NCBI GenBank assembly: GCA_964616145.1
Contig: CAZTRD010000001.1
Span: 68,024-132,023, forward strand
Reading direction: 5' to 3'
Length of the DNA stretch: 64,000 bases
Source of the DNA: an uncultured Candidatus Saccharibacteria bacterium
GTDB lineage: Bacteria > Patescibacteriota > Minisyncoccia > Minisyncoccales > PEYH01
Shown here in pieces: positions 28,371 through 37,389 of the stretch. A program made the translations under genes and the position numbers. The notes beneath the pieces are model-generated. The model was given only the letters and a program-made list of their open reading frames with translations, searched no databases and had not been told where the DNA came from. The first letter of the stretch is position 1. The number at the start of each line of letters is the position of its first letter.

Positions 28371-28946
28371 TTAATTAAAGTCATTCATAGCTTTTTGAAT
28401 GCCGTCTCTTAAAATAGTTTCTATAATTGAAAGAAATTCTTCTTTTATCTTTTCTATTTTTCTTTTTTCAATTAAATTAAATTTATCCAAGACGAATTTT
28501 TCAGGATTGCTTACTTTTCTTTTTGGCTTGATGCCAATTCTTAATCTCAGAAAATCTTTTGTTTTAAGATTTTGAATAATTGATTCTACTCCTTTGTGAC
28601 CGGCAGAACCCTTATCCTGAGCTATCTTTAAAGAAGAAAAAACAAGATCCAAATCGTCATTTATCACAAAGAAATTCTTTAGCGGTATTTGATAGAAAGA
28701 AATGGTCTTTTTAACCGATTGGCCGGAATTATTCATGAAGGTCTGAGGTTTCAATAGGATTATCTTTTTATCAAACATAATTCCTTCGGATATTTCTCCC
28801 TGGAGTTTTTCTTTTTTACTCCAATTAGAAAAACCAAATTCTTTCTGCAGATGATCAACAAGCAAGAATCCTATATTATGCCTGGACCAGGCATATGTCT
28901 TGCCTGGATTGCCCAGGCCAACGATTAAAAAGGTGTTTTGATTCAT
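28371..28946 (-). CDS. pth: Peptidyl-tRNA hydrolase
   Basis: FLIVGLGNPG..Y..SRHNIGF motif. Start set at MNQNTF (ATG 28946-28944). The tracked N-terminal extension runs into the GC-rich element. Confidence 0.9.
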   Translation of the reverse strand: MNQNTFLIVGLGNPGKTYAWSRHNIGFLLVDHLQKEFGFSNWSKKEKLQGEISEGIMFDKKIILLKPQTFMNNSGQSVKKTISFYQIPLKNFFVINDDLDLVFSSLKIAQDKGSAGHKGVESIIQNLKTKDFLRLRIGIKPKRKVSNPEKFVLDKFNLIEKRKIEKIKEEFLSIIETILRDGIQKAMNDFN

Positions 28947-28984
28947 ATTATTGACTAAATTCCATAATCTGCTATATTGTAATT

Positions 28985-29070
28985 GGCGCTTGGAGGGCCT
29001 TGGCCCTGTCACGGCTATATCCAAGCTGTACCCAAGTGCCATTAAAGAATACCGCGAAACGGTATTTTTT
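28985..29070 (+). ncRNA. ~86-nt GC-rich structured element, either a + strand sRNA or the structured leader of pth on the - strand
   Basis: + strand: TTGACT(28951-28956)-16 nt-TATATT, then GGCGCTTGG...CCAAGTGCC closing helix, inner hairpin AGGGC-CTTG-GCCCT, and terminator ATACCG-CGAAA-CGGTAT-TTTTT. - strand: an extended -10 TGaTATAAT at about 29083-29095 would transcribe the same element as the pth 5' UTR. Confidence 0.45.
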
Positions 29071-29200
29071 AATTTCTTTATGTTTCTATTATATCAAAAC
29101 ATGGATTGACTACAAAATGCAATTGTTATAACATTTCTTTTAGTAGGCAAGAATGGTTCTTGCCAATTCGCAAACTTGCGAGAAAGGGTGGGTGAAAGTT

Positions 29201-29605
29201 ATGGAAGAAAAGAGCGTTCTTCAGTTGTATTCGATTCTCCTGCTCCATCCTGAAGTTCTGGATCCGCTGAAGCACTTGGGGCTGCCTCGGGATATCAAGC
29301 CCGAAGATCTGATCAGCTGCCTTGAGCTGTATCAGAGGATAGGGAAGTCCTATCAAGAACTTGTTCCTGAGGGAGATGACGGGGAGAGCGAAAGATTGAG
29401 GCTAGTTCACGATCTTCTCGAAGAGCTCTCAGGATGTTTCACCGAGCTGTCTGGCAACTTCGGGCCAAGGCCTATTCACAGGATCCGAAGAGCCATCCAG
29501 TGGTGGTGGCATCTTCATCTTCACGAGAATCTCCCCGGAGCGAAGATCGACGATCCCTACTTCATGGGGCCCAAGCATCTCAAACTGGATCCGGAGCGGG
29601 GATAG
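29201..29605 (+). CDS. GC-rich hypothetical protein (134 aa, acidic, helical-looking), island gene
   Basis: Preceded by TTGACT (29106-29111) with a TAACAT/TATAAC -10, two leader hairpins, and an SD-like AAAGGGTGGGTGA 5 nt before the ATG. Followed by a strong terminator. Composition differs sharply from flanking genes. Confidence 0.5.
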   Translation: MEEKSVLQLYSILLLHPEVLDPLKHLGLPRDIKPEDLISCLELYQRIGKSYQELVPEGDDGESERLRLVHDLLEELSGCFTELSGNFGPRPIHRIRRAIQWWWHLHLHENLPGAKIDDPYFMGPKHLKLDPERG

Positions 29606-29626
29606 GAGCAGTTCGCGAGTTTGGAC

Positions 29627-29668
29627 GGGCTGCTGTTCGACGGACCAGCAGCCCACTTCTTTTGTTTG
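29627..29668 (+). terminator. Intrinsic terminator of the 29-kb island gene
   Basis: GGGCTGCTG-10 nt-CAGCAGCCC followed by ACTTCTTTTGTTTG. Confidence 0.7.
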
Positions 29669-29684
29669 CTAAATATCCAAAAGG

Positions 29685-30254
29685 ATGTATAATAACAAAG
29701 ACAATATGAATAAATTTCTTCAGATAGTTTGGGAATTAGTAAAAATTGGAGCAATAGCCTTGCTGATTGTAATACCAATCAGGCAATTTGTTTTCCAACC
29801 CTTTATCGTCAGGGGAGCAAGCATGGAGCCCAACTTTGAAGACTTTGATTACTTGATTATCAATGAGATAAGTTACAGATTTGATGACCCAGACAGAGGA
29901 GACGTTGTCATATTTGATAGTCCGATGAATTCATCCCAGAGATTCATAAAAAGAATAATTGGTTTGCCTGGAGAAACAGTCACAATCCAGTCAGGAGAAA
30001 TTGCCATCAAAACAGAAAGCAAGACAATTACTTTGAATGAAGATATGTATTTGCCAACCAGTACCGTGACATCTAATTCCGGTCCTACTGTTCTTGGAGA
30101 AGATGAATATTTTGTCATGGGAGACAATAGACAATATTCATATGATTCTAGAATATTCGGAGCCGTTAAAAGAAATACAATAATAGGAAAAGTGGCTTTA
30201 AGATTTTCTATAGGTGGAGTTTTCGCCAGAAATCTTTTCCAAATAGCTCAATAA
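29685..30254 (+). CDS. lepB: Signal peptidase I
   Basis: N-terminal TM segment, catalytic Ser box GASMEPNF, Lys box KRIIGLPGE, GDNRQYSYDSR. Confidence 0.9.
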   Translation: MYNNKDNMNKFLQIVWELVKIGAIALLIVIPIRQFVFQPFIVRGASMEPNFEDFDYLIINEISYRFDDPDRGDVVIFDSPMNSSQRFIKRIIGLPGETVTIQSGEIAIKTESKTITLNEDMYLPTSTVTSNSGPTVLGEDEYFVMGDNRQYSYDSRIFGAVKRNTIIGKVALRFSIGGVFARNLFQIAQ

Positions 30255-30255
30255 T

Positions 30256-31551
30256 ATGAAGCAACCCAGTTTTAAATTCCAATCTCCTACAGGGATGAGA
30301 GATATTCTGCCAGAAGAACAGGTATATTTTGATGCCATAGAGGAAGTAGCCAGAAAATATGCCGGCTTCTATTCTTTCTTGAAAATAGAAACTCCGATTC
30401 TTGAAGATTATCAACTATTTGCAAAAGGGACAGGAGAAACAACAGATATAGTGGAAAAGCAGATGTATGTTTTAAAGACCAAAGGAGATGAAATACTGGT
30501 TTTAAGACCGGAATTTACTCCAAGTTTTGCTAGAGCATACTTTGAGAATGGGATGATTGCCTGGCCACATCCAGTGAAGTTATATACCCTAGGCCCGGTA
30601 TTCAGATACGAAAAACCCCAGGCAGGAAGATACAGGCAATTCCATCAATTGAATTTTGAGACCTTTGGTTCAAAAAGACCGATTACGGATATTGAGACAA
30701 TCTGGCTTTTCTATAATATCTTAAAGGACTTAAAGATTAAAGATTTAGCCGTGCAGATAAACAGCATAGGGGATTCCCAATGCCGGCCTTACTATAAAAA
30801 GGTATTGACCAGATATTTAAAATCCCAGGAAAGGAATCTTTGCCCTACTTGCAAGAAAAGATTGAAAATAAATCCCTTAAGGGTTCTAGATTGTAAAGAA
30901 GAGAGGTGCCAAAGGGTAATTACTGAGGCTCCACAGATTCTTGATCATCTCTGCGATGAATGCAAAGATCATTTCAAAAGAGTTTTGGAACATCTGGATG
31001 ATTTAGAAATTCCATACATTTTGAATCCGTATTTGGTAAGGGGACTGGATTACTACACAAAAACAGTGTTTGAAATAATCTCCCAGTCTGGCCCTGAGGG
31101 AAGGCAGAATGCTTTGGTTGGAGGCGGAAGATACGATGACCTATTAAAGCTGATAGGAAAAAAGGATATCCCGGCTTGCGGAGGAGCTATGGGGATAGAG
31201 AGAGTTGTTTCTTTGATGAAAGAATCGGGATTCAAAATCCAACAGCAAGTTCCGCAGATATTCATTGCTCAATTAGGGGATAAAGCAAAAACTCAGACAT
31301 TGAAGTTGATAGATGACTTAAGGAAAATGAATATTTTGGCCGAAGCTCAATTATCAAAAGATTCATTGACTAATCAGTTAAAAATTGCTAATAAGTTAAA
31401 TGTGAAATTCGCTGTTATCATTGGAGAAGAGGAAGTATTAAACAAATCGGTGATAATCAGAGATATGAGCAATGGAACGCAAACAAGCGTATCTTTTGAT
31501 AAAGCAGCAGAGAAGATAAAGCAGAAGATTAAAGGTCAGAAAAAGATTTAA
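30256..31551 (+). CDS. hisS: Histidyl-tRNA synthetase
   Basis: GMRDILPEE, LRPEFT, FRYE.PQ.GR.RQF and GGGRYD class II HisRS motifs. Confidence 0.93.
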   Translation: MKQPSFKFQSPTGMRDILPEEQVYFDAIEEVARKYAGFYSFLKIETPILEDYQLFAKGTGETTDIVEKQMYVLKTKGDEILVLRPEFTPSFARAYFENGMIAWPHPVKLYTLGPVFRYEKPQAGRYRQFHQLNFETFGSKRPITDIETIWLFYNILKDLKIKDLAVQINSIGDSQCRPYYKKVLTRYLKSQERNLCPTCKKRLKINPLRVLDCKEERCQRVITEAPQILDHLCDECKDHFKRVLEHLDDLEIPYILNPYLVRGLDYYTKTVFEIISQSGPEGRQNALVGGGRYDDLLKLIGKKDIPACGGAMGIERVVSLMKESGFKIQQQVPQIFIAQLGDKAKTQTLKLIDDLRKMNILAEAQLSKDSLTNQLKIANKLNVKFAVIIGEEEVLNKSVIIRDMSNGTQTSVSFDKAAEKIKQKIKGQKKI

Positions 31552-31559
31552 ACTATACT

Positions 31560-31802
31560 ATGGAAGGAAAAGAAAAAAACAAAACAGGTCTTTTAATAGA
31601 AAAAAAAGACAGAGAGAATTCCAAACAATTGGTTGGGAGATTCTTTAGACATTTAAGACAGAGCGGGATAATGAGACAAGCCAAGGGTTCTATCTACAGA
31701 AAAAGACCCTTGAGCAGAGCTTCTAAAATCAAACAGGCTTTAAGAAGAAATGAATTAAGAATTATTCACGAGAAAGAAGAAAAAATGGGGAGAATTTCAT
31801 AA
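31560..31802 (+). CDS. rpsU: Probable 30S ribosomal protein S21
   Basis: 80-aa, very basic protein with an S21-like core (ALRRF-type helix, YRKRPLSRASKIKQALRR). The assignment is by pattern only. Confidence 0.55.
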   Translation: MEGKEKNKTGLLIEKKDRENSKQLVGRFFRHLRQSGIMRQAKGSIYRKRPLSRASKIKQALRRNELRIIHEKEEKMGRIS

Positions 31803-31820
31803 TCTAAATACCAAAATATC

Positions 31821-31845
31821 AAAACCCCGAAGGGGGTTTTTGGTT
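31821..31845 (+). terminator. Intrinsic terminator
   Basis: AAAACCCC-GAAG-GGGGTTTTT. Confidence 0.75.
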
Positions 31846-31924
31846 TAGCAAAGCCATATGTTTGCTTTACATCTAAACTTTTGATAGGATAATATAATCT
31901 TGTTAAGTTTTGTATTCCTCAACA

Positions 31925-32314
31925 ATGCTTGAAATTGCCAATCTAACTAAAACCAGAATAGATAAAAAACTCTTTGAAAAAATATACAAGGTTGTTTTGA
32001 AAGGAGAAAAAGCAAAAGGGGATATTTCTTTGGTTTTTGTGGATTCAAGAAAGATGAAATCCTTAAATCTTTCTTGGAGAAAAAAGAATAGCTGTACCGA
32101 TGTTTTATCTTTTGCAGGTATTTCAGATAAAATTCTAGGAGAAATATTTATCTGCTCCGATTACATTAAAAAAATATCAGAGAATTACAAAGAAGAATTA
32201 GCCAGAACCTTTATCCATGGAATTCTTCATCTTTTAGGGAAGGATCATAAAACAAAAAAGCAAACAGAAGAGATAATCAAATTAGAAAACAAATATATTA
32301 AAAAACTTTTTTAA
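31925..32314 (+). CDS. ybeY: rRNA maturation endoribonuclease YbeY
   Basis: HGILHLLGKDH metal-binding motif. ATG 31925 is preferred over the TTG at 31910. Confidence 0.88.
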   Translation: MLEIANLTKTRIDKKLFEKIYKVVLKGEKAKGDISLVFVDSRKMKSLNLSWRKKNSCTDVLSFAGISDKILGEIFICSDYIKKISENYKEELARTFIHGILHLLGKDHKTKKQTEEIIKLENKYIKKLF

Positions 32315-32319
32315 AATAT

Positions 32320-33519
32320 ATGCCAAAAAATACTTTGATAAATGCTATTGACGTCGGCTCAAAAGAAATTAAAGGGATCGTAGTTTCTAAAAAATCAGAT
32401 TCAGAAGAACTAGATGTTTTGGCATATCAAAGTATTCCATCAAGCGGATTGAGAAAAGGAATGGTTATCAATCCGGAAAAGACAACAACAGAAATAGTTC
32501 AATTAAAGCATCTTTTGGAAAAACAGAGCAATACTCATATTAAAGATGTTTTCATTAATATCGGAGGATATCATATTGCTGTAAAATATTCCAAAGGAGC
32601 TGTAGCTATTTCCAGGGCCGATCAAAGGGTTTCTCAGGAAGATATAGGCAGGGTTTTAGAAGAGGCCAAGTCATTGGTTCCAATTACTTCTAATCAGGAA
32701 ATAATAGATGAGTTTCCTATTGAGTATTCCATAGACAATGAAGCTGGAATCAAAAATCCTTTAGATCTTAAAGGAATTAAATTGGAAGCAAAGATTTTAG
32801 CTATTTGCGCCTTTTCTCCGTATGTAAAAAATCTCGTACAATCATTTTTAGAAGCTGATTTGGAGATAAACGACACGGTACCGACTCCCTTAGCTTCAGC
32901 TGAAGCGGTATTAACTCCCCAGCAAAAAGAAGTAGGAGTTGTTTTAATTGATATCGGCTCAGAAAGCACGGGGATAGCTGTTTTTGAAGAAGAAATGCTT
33001 GCTCATTTAGCAATTCTCCCTATCGGTTCTTCTCATGTTTCTAATGATATAGCGATAGCATTGCAAACAGATATTGATGTGGCAGAGAAAATCAAAATTC
33101 AGTTCGGCTCATATATTTTCAAGAATTCCGCTAAAAAGGAAAAGATAGAAATTGCTCCTGGGGAAATATTCTCATTTCCTATCAATAAGATGTCAAAAGC
33201 GGGAAAAGCAAGGATTTCAGAGATATTTGATTTAATTAAAAAAGAAATTAAAATAGCTCCTAAAAAAGGAAATCTTCCTGCCGGAGTTGTAATTGTGGGA
33301 GGAGGAGCTAACTTGCCTGGGATCGTAGAATTTGCTAAAAAAGAACTTAATCTTCCGGCAAGAGTAGTTGTGCCGAGAGGATTTATCGGAATAGAGAAAA
33401 GTCCGTCCTTGGCAACTCTTTATGGATTAGTATTGAGGGGATTAAGATCAGATGAAACTGAGCCCCAAAAAGAAATTTTCCCTTCATTTAAAAAACTATT
33501 TAAAATATTTCTGCCATGA
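32320..33519 (+). CDS. ftsA: Cell division protein FtsA
   Basis: Actin-fold motifs (AIDVGS, VLIDIGSEST, VIVGGGANLPG) and a C-terminal amphipathic helix FKKLFKIFL. Confidence 0.9.
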   Translation: MPKNTLINAIDVGSKEIKGIVVSKKSDSEELDVLAYQSIPSSGLRKGMVINPEKTTTEIVQLKHLLEKQSNTHIKDVFINIGGYHIAVKYSKGAVAISRADQRVSQEDIGRVLEEAKSLVPITSNQEIIDEFPIEYSIDNEAGIKNPLDLKGIKLEAKILAICAFSPYVKNLVQSFLEADLEINDTVPTPLASAEAVLTPQQKEVGVVLIDIGSESTGIAVFEEEMLAHLAILPIGSSHVSNDIAIALQTDIDVAEKIKIQFGSYIFKNSAKKEKIEIAPGEIFSFPINKMSKAGKARISEIFDLIKKEIKIAPKKGNLPAGVVIVGGGANLPGIVEFAKKELNLPARVVVPRGFIGIEKSPSLATLYGLVLRGLRSDETEPQKEIFPSFKKLFKIFLP

Positions 33520-34457
33520 AAAACCAGGCTAGGATAAAAGTTGTAGGGATAGGGGGTTCTGGAGGAAATGCTGTTTCCAGAATGGCCAGATGTAATATCC
33601 AGGGGATAGAGTTGATTGCCATCAACTCTGATTTTCAAGATCTAAAAAAAATCAAAGCTGATAAAAAAGTCCATATTGGTCTTGGTTTGACTCAAGGATT
33701 TGGAGCTGGAATGGACCCTAGCATAGGAGAAAAAGCAGCCATAGATTCTTTAAATGAGATAAAAGAGGTTTTGCAGCAAGGAGACATAATATTCGTTACC
33801 TGCGGCTTAGGCGGAGGAACAGGATCTGGGGCGGTCCCCATTATCGCCAATCTAGCTAAAAGCTTGGGAGCTTTAACTATAGCAGTAGTCACCTTGCCGT
33901 TTACTTTTGAAGGAGAGCAAAGGAAAAAGATCGCCAAAGTTGCTTTAGAAAAACTACAAGATAAAGTGGATACTTTGTTTGTTATCTCCAATAACAAGCT
34001 GTTAAACAATATTGATGAAAAAACAAGCTTGAATGACGCTTTCTGGAAAGCAGATGAAATATTAAGACAAGCAGTCCAGGGGATTTCCGATTTAATTGTC
34101 AGGCCCGGCTTGATTAATGTTAATTTTGCTGATCTGAAATCAATCATGAAAAATTCCGGATTTGCTCTATTCGGCGTAGGAAAAGCAAAAGGAGAAAACA
34201 AAGTTAAAGAAGCGGCTCATAAAGCAATCAATTCTCCGTTGTTGGACCTTACAACTTCAAAAGGTGCTCATGGAATTCTTTTCAATATTACCGGAGGAAA
34301 GAATTTAACTTTAAATGATGTTGAAGAAGCAGGGAAAATTATCACTCAAAACGCAGCAAGCGGAGCGAAAATAATATTTGGAGCGATTCAAGACGAAAAA
34401 AGATTTTCAGATGATGAAGTGGAGATTACAGTAATCGCTACTGGCATCCAAAAGTAG
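33516..34457 (+). CDS. ftsZ: Cell division GTPase FtsZ, core only (313 aa, no C-terminal linker or peptide)
   Basis: GIGGSGGNA, the tubulin signature GGGTGSGA, NFADL. The protein ends at ...ITVIATGIQK. ATGA overlap with ftsA. Confidence 0.93.
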   Translation: MKNQARIKVVGIGGSGGNAVSRMARCNIQGIELIAINSDFQDLKKIKADKKVHIGLGLTQGFGAGMDPSIGEKAAIDSLNEIKEVLQQGDIIFVTCGLGGGTGSGAVPIIANLAKSLGALTIAVVTLPFTFEGEQRKKIAKVALEKLQDKVDTLFVISNNKLLNNIDEKTSLNDAFWKADEILRQAVQGISDLIVRPGLINVNFADLKSIMKNSGFALFGVGKAKGENKVKEAAHKAINSPLLDLTTSKGAHGILFNITGGKNLTLNDVEEAGKIITQNAASGAKIIFGAIQDEKRFSDDEVEITVIATGIQK

Positions 34458-34495
34458 TTCTATTTTAATCAATATATATCAGCGATTTCGGCCCA

Positions 34496-34526
34496 TTGAC
34501 GAGGGTGCTGGTATTTCAGGTATAAT
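34496..34526 (+). promoter_or_regulatory. Candidate nrdDG promoter (TTGACG-19 nt-TATAAT)
   Basis: A consensus -10 and a near-consensus -35 lie about 30 nt upstream of nrdD. The spacer is long. Confidence 0.4.
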
Positions 34527-34554
34527 AGAGGATTAAAATTAACCTGCTGGAAAA

Positions 34555-36702
34555 ATGATAAAAGAAAATATAGAAACCGTGAAAGCAAAGATCAGTCAAG
34601 TTCAAAAAAGAGATGGTACAATTATTGACTTCGACCAAGACAGAATAACTCAAGCAATATTCAAAGCAATAACAGCGACTAACCAGGGAGATGGAGAAAT
34701 TTCAAAGAGGGTTTCCAACAGAGTAGTAGATATTTTAAACAGAAGATTTAAAAACGGAGAGATTCCTAATGTAGAACAGATACAAGATGTGATAGAGGAG
34801 GTTTTAATCCTGGAAGAATTGGTGGAAACGGCTAAGGCCTACATCATTTACCGCGAACAAAGAAGAGCTATCAGAGAAGCAGTCCTCACAGCAGAAGAAG
34901 CAGTAGATAGGGTTGATCATTATCTTGAAAAACTTGATTGGGAAGTAAAGGAAAATGCCAACATGACATTTTCCTTGCAAGGGTTAAATCATTACGGAGT
35001 TTCATATATTGTAAAAAGGTATTGGTTGAAAAAAGTATACCCTAAAGAAATCCAGCAAGCGAATGAATCAGGAGATTTTCATTTGCATAATCTGGATACA
35101 TTAGCTTGTTATTGCATGGGCTGGGATTTATACGATCTTTTGGTCAAAGGGTTCGGCGGAGTAGCTGGTAAAGTAGAATCAAGGCCGGCAAAACATTTCA
35201 GGGCGATTCTTGGCCAAGTCGTGAATTTTTTATACACTCTTCAGGGAGAATGCGCAGGAGCTGTCGCTTTTTCTAATTTTGATACTCTTTTAGCTCCGTT
35301 TATCAGATACGATAATCTCAATTATCAGCAGGTGAAACAAGCATTTCAGGAATTCTTGTATAACATGGCTGTTCCCACAAGAGTAGGGTTTCAATGTCCG
35401 TTTTCAAATATTACTTTGGATTTAAAACCTGCTTCTATATATGCAGATCAGCCAGTAATCTGCGGAGGCAAGCCGCAAAAGGAAACATACAAAGAGTTTG
35501 CGGAAGAAGTGAAGATTTTTGATAAGGCCTTCTACGAAGTAATGCTTGAAGGGGATAAAAATGGGAGGCCATTTCATTTCCCGATACCGACAATTAACAT
35601 TACAAAGGACTTTCCTTGGGACGATCCAACTTTTGATGGATTGTTTGAGGCCTCTGCCAAATACGGCATTAACTATTTTGCCAATTATATCAATTCAGAA
35701 ATGAAACCGGATGATGTCAGGTCAATGTGCTGCCGCTTAAGATTAAATCTCAAGGAATTATATAACAGGGGAGGCGGAGGATTGTTCGGGGCAGGAGCTC
35801 TAACTGGTTCAATCGGGGTTGTGACAATTAATATGCCAAGAATCGGCTATACCTCTAAGACCAAAAAAGAGTTTTTGGATAAATTAGGCAAGGCAATGGA
35901 TTTAGCCAAAGAAAGTTTGGAAATTAAAAGAAAAACAATAGAGAAATTCATTGAAAAAGGGCTTTATCCATATTCCAGATTCTATCTTTCAGGAGTAAAG
36001 AAAGCCAAAGGAGAATATTTTGCCAATCATTTTGCCACAATAGGACTGATTGGCATGAATGAAGCAATGCTTAATTTTATTGGGGAAGATATTACTACTC
36101 AAAGGGGAAGAAAAACAGCTCTGGATATAATGAACTATATGAGGGGTAAATTGGTGGTATACCAAGAGGAAACCGAGCATATATATAATCTAGAAGCAAC
36201 GCCGGCAGAATCTACCGGATACAGATTAGCCCAGAAAGACAAAGAAGTATTTCCTGAAATAATCACAGCTGGAATTAAAAAAACCCCGTATTATACCAAT
36301 AGCACTCAATTGCCTGTTAATTTTACCGATGATGCATTTGAAGCGTTAAAGCTTCAAGATGATCTTCAATGCCAATATACGGGAGGAACAGTATTACATA
36401 TGTTTTTAGGAGAAAGAGTCGGAGATGCTAATTTAGTAAAGGCATTGGTAAAGAAAACATTTGAGAATTTTAAACTTCCATACATTACTATTACTCCGAC
36501 ATTCTCGATTTGTCCTATTCATGGATATTTAAGCGGAGAACATTTCCTCTGTCCTCAATGTACTGTTGAACAACCATGCGAAGTATATTCAAGAGTTGTT
36601 GGGTATTTAAGACCGGTAATGCAATGGAACGAAGGGAAACAACAGGAATTTAAGGATAGAAAAGAATTTAAAATAAAAGCCAGTGAGCTTAACAAGACAT
36701 GA
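34555..36702 (+). CDS. nrdD: Anaerobic ribonucleoside-triphosphate reductase (class III)
   Basis: N-terminal ATP-cone (VQKRDGTIIDFDQDRI), the C-terminal glycyl-radical motif YSRVVGYLRP, and a Cys4 zinc site. Confidence 0.92.
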   Translation: MIKENIETVKAKISQVQKRDGTIIDFDQDRITQAIFKAITATNQGDGEISKRVSNRVVDILNRRFKNGEIPNVEQIQDVIEEVLILEELVETAKAYIIYREQRRAIREAVLTAEEAVDRVDHYLEKLDWEVKENANMTFSLQGLNHYGVSYIVKRYWLKKVYPKEIQQANESGDFHLHNLDTLACYCMGWDLYDLLVKGFGGVAGKVESRPAKHFRAILGQVVNFLYTLQGECAGAVAFSNFDTLLAPFIRYDNLNYQQVKQAFQEFLYNMAVPTRVGFQCPFSNITLDLKPASIYADQPVICGGKPQKETYKEFAEEVKIFDKAFYEVMLEGDKNGRPFHFPIPTINITKDFPWDDPTFDGLFEASAKYGINYFANYINSEMKPDDVRSMCCRLRLNLKELYNRGGGGLFGAGALTGSIGVVTINMPRIGYTSKTKKEFLDKLGKAMDLAKESLEIKRKTIEKFIEKGLYPYSRFYLSGVKKAKGEYFANHFATIGLIGMNEAMLNFIGEDITTQRGRKTALDIMNYMRGKLVVYQEETEHIYNLEATPAESTGYRLAQKDKEVFPEIITAGIKKTPYYTNSTQLPVNFTDDAFEALKLQDDLQCQYTGGTVLHMFLGERVGDANLVKALVKKTFENFKLPYITITPTFSICPIHGYLSGEHFLCPQCTVEQPCEVYSRVVGYLRPVMQWNEGKQQEFKDRKEFKIKASELNKT

Positions 36703-37388
36703 TATATGGAGGATTGCAAAAATTAACATTGATAGATTTCCCGGGGAAATTAGCAGCTACAATATTTCTCAGCGGGTGCAATTTTCGTTGCCCATTCTGC
36801 TACAACCCGGATCTAGTTTTGCCAGAGAAAATTTCTTCTTTTAATGAGGAAGAGATATTTTCTTTCCTGAACAAAAGAAAAGGAATGCTTGATGGTGTTG
36901 TTATTTGCGGGGGAGAGCCAACGATACACAAAGATCTTATGCAGCTTGCCAAAAGAATCAAGGAAATGGGATTTGCTGTAAAACTAGATACAAATGGCTC
37001 TGATCCGGAGATTCTTGATAATCTGATTTCCAGGAATTTGATTGACTATATTGCCATGGATGTCAAAGCTCCAAGAGAAAAATATGAAGCCCTGGCAGGC
37101 AAAGGGATTGATTTACAAAGGATAGAGGAAAGTATAGGTATCTTAAAAGAAGAAAGAACAGATTATGAATTTAGGACTACTGTTATTCCTCTGCTTTTAG
37201 AAAAAGAGGATATTCTTTCCATTACTCAATGGATTAAACCGGCTAAAAGGTATTTCTTGCAGCAATTCAGAGCAGAGAATAATCTGGATCCGGAATTTCA
37301 GAAATTGAATCCGTATTCCATGGAATATTTGATAGATATAAAAGAAGCAATTGCCCCGTTTTTTGATGTATGCCAAGTCAGAAAATAA
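36699..37388 (+). CDS. nrdG: Anaerobic ribonucleotide reductase activating protein (radical SAM)
   Basis: CNFRCPFCYN radical-SAM cluster motif, VVICGGEPT. ATGA overlap with nrdD. Confidence 0.9.
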   Translation: MIYGGLQKLTLIDFPGKLAATIFLSGCNFRCPFCYNPDLVLPEKISSFNEEEIFSFLNKRKGMLDGVVICGGEPTIHKDLMQLAKRIKEMGFAVKLDTNGSDPEILDNLISRNLIDYIAMDVKAPREKYEALAGKGIDLQRIEESIGILKEERTDYEFRTTVIPLLLEKEDILSITQWIKPAKRYFLQQFRAENNLDPEFQKLNPYSMEYLIDIKEAIAPFFDVCQVRK

Positions 37389-37389
37389 T

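Noticed and set aside
28947-29042. N-terminal extension of pth (MALGYSLDIAVTGPRPS...)
   Set aside because: The conserved Pth N-terminus (FLIVGLGNPG) follows the internal MNQNTF start. The extension reads through the GC-rich structured element.
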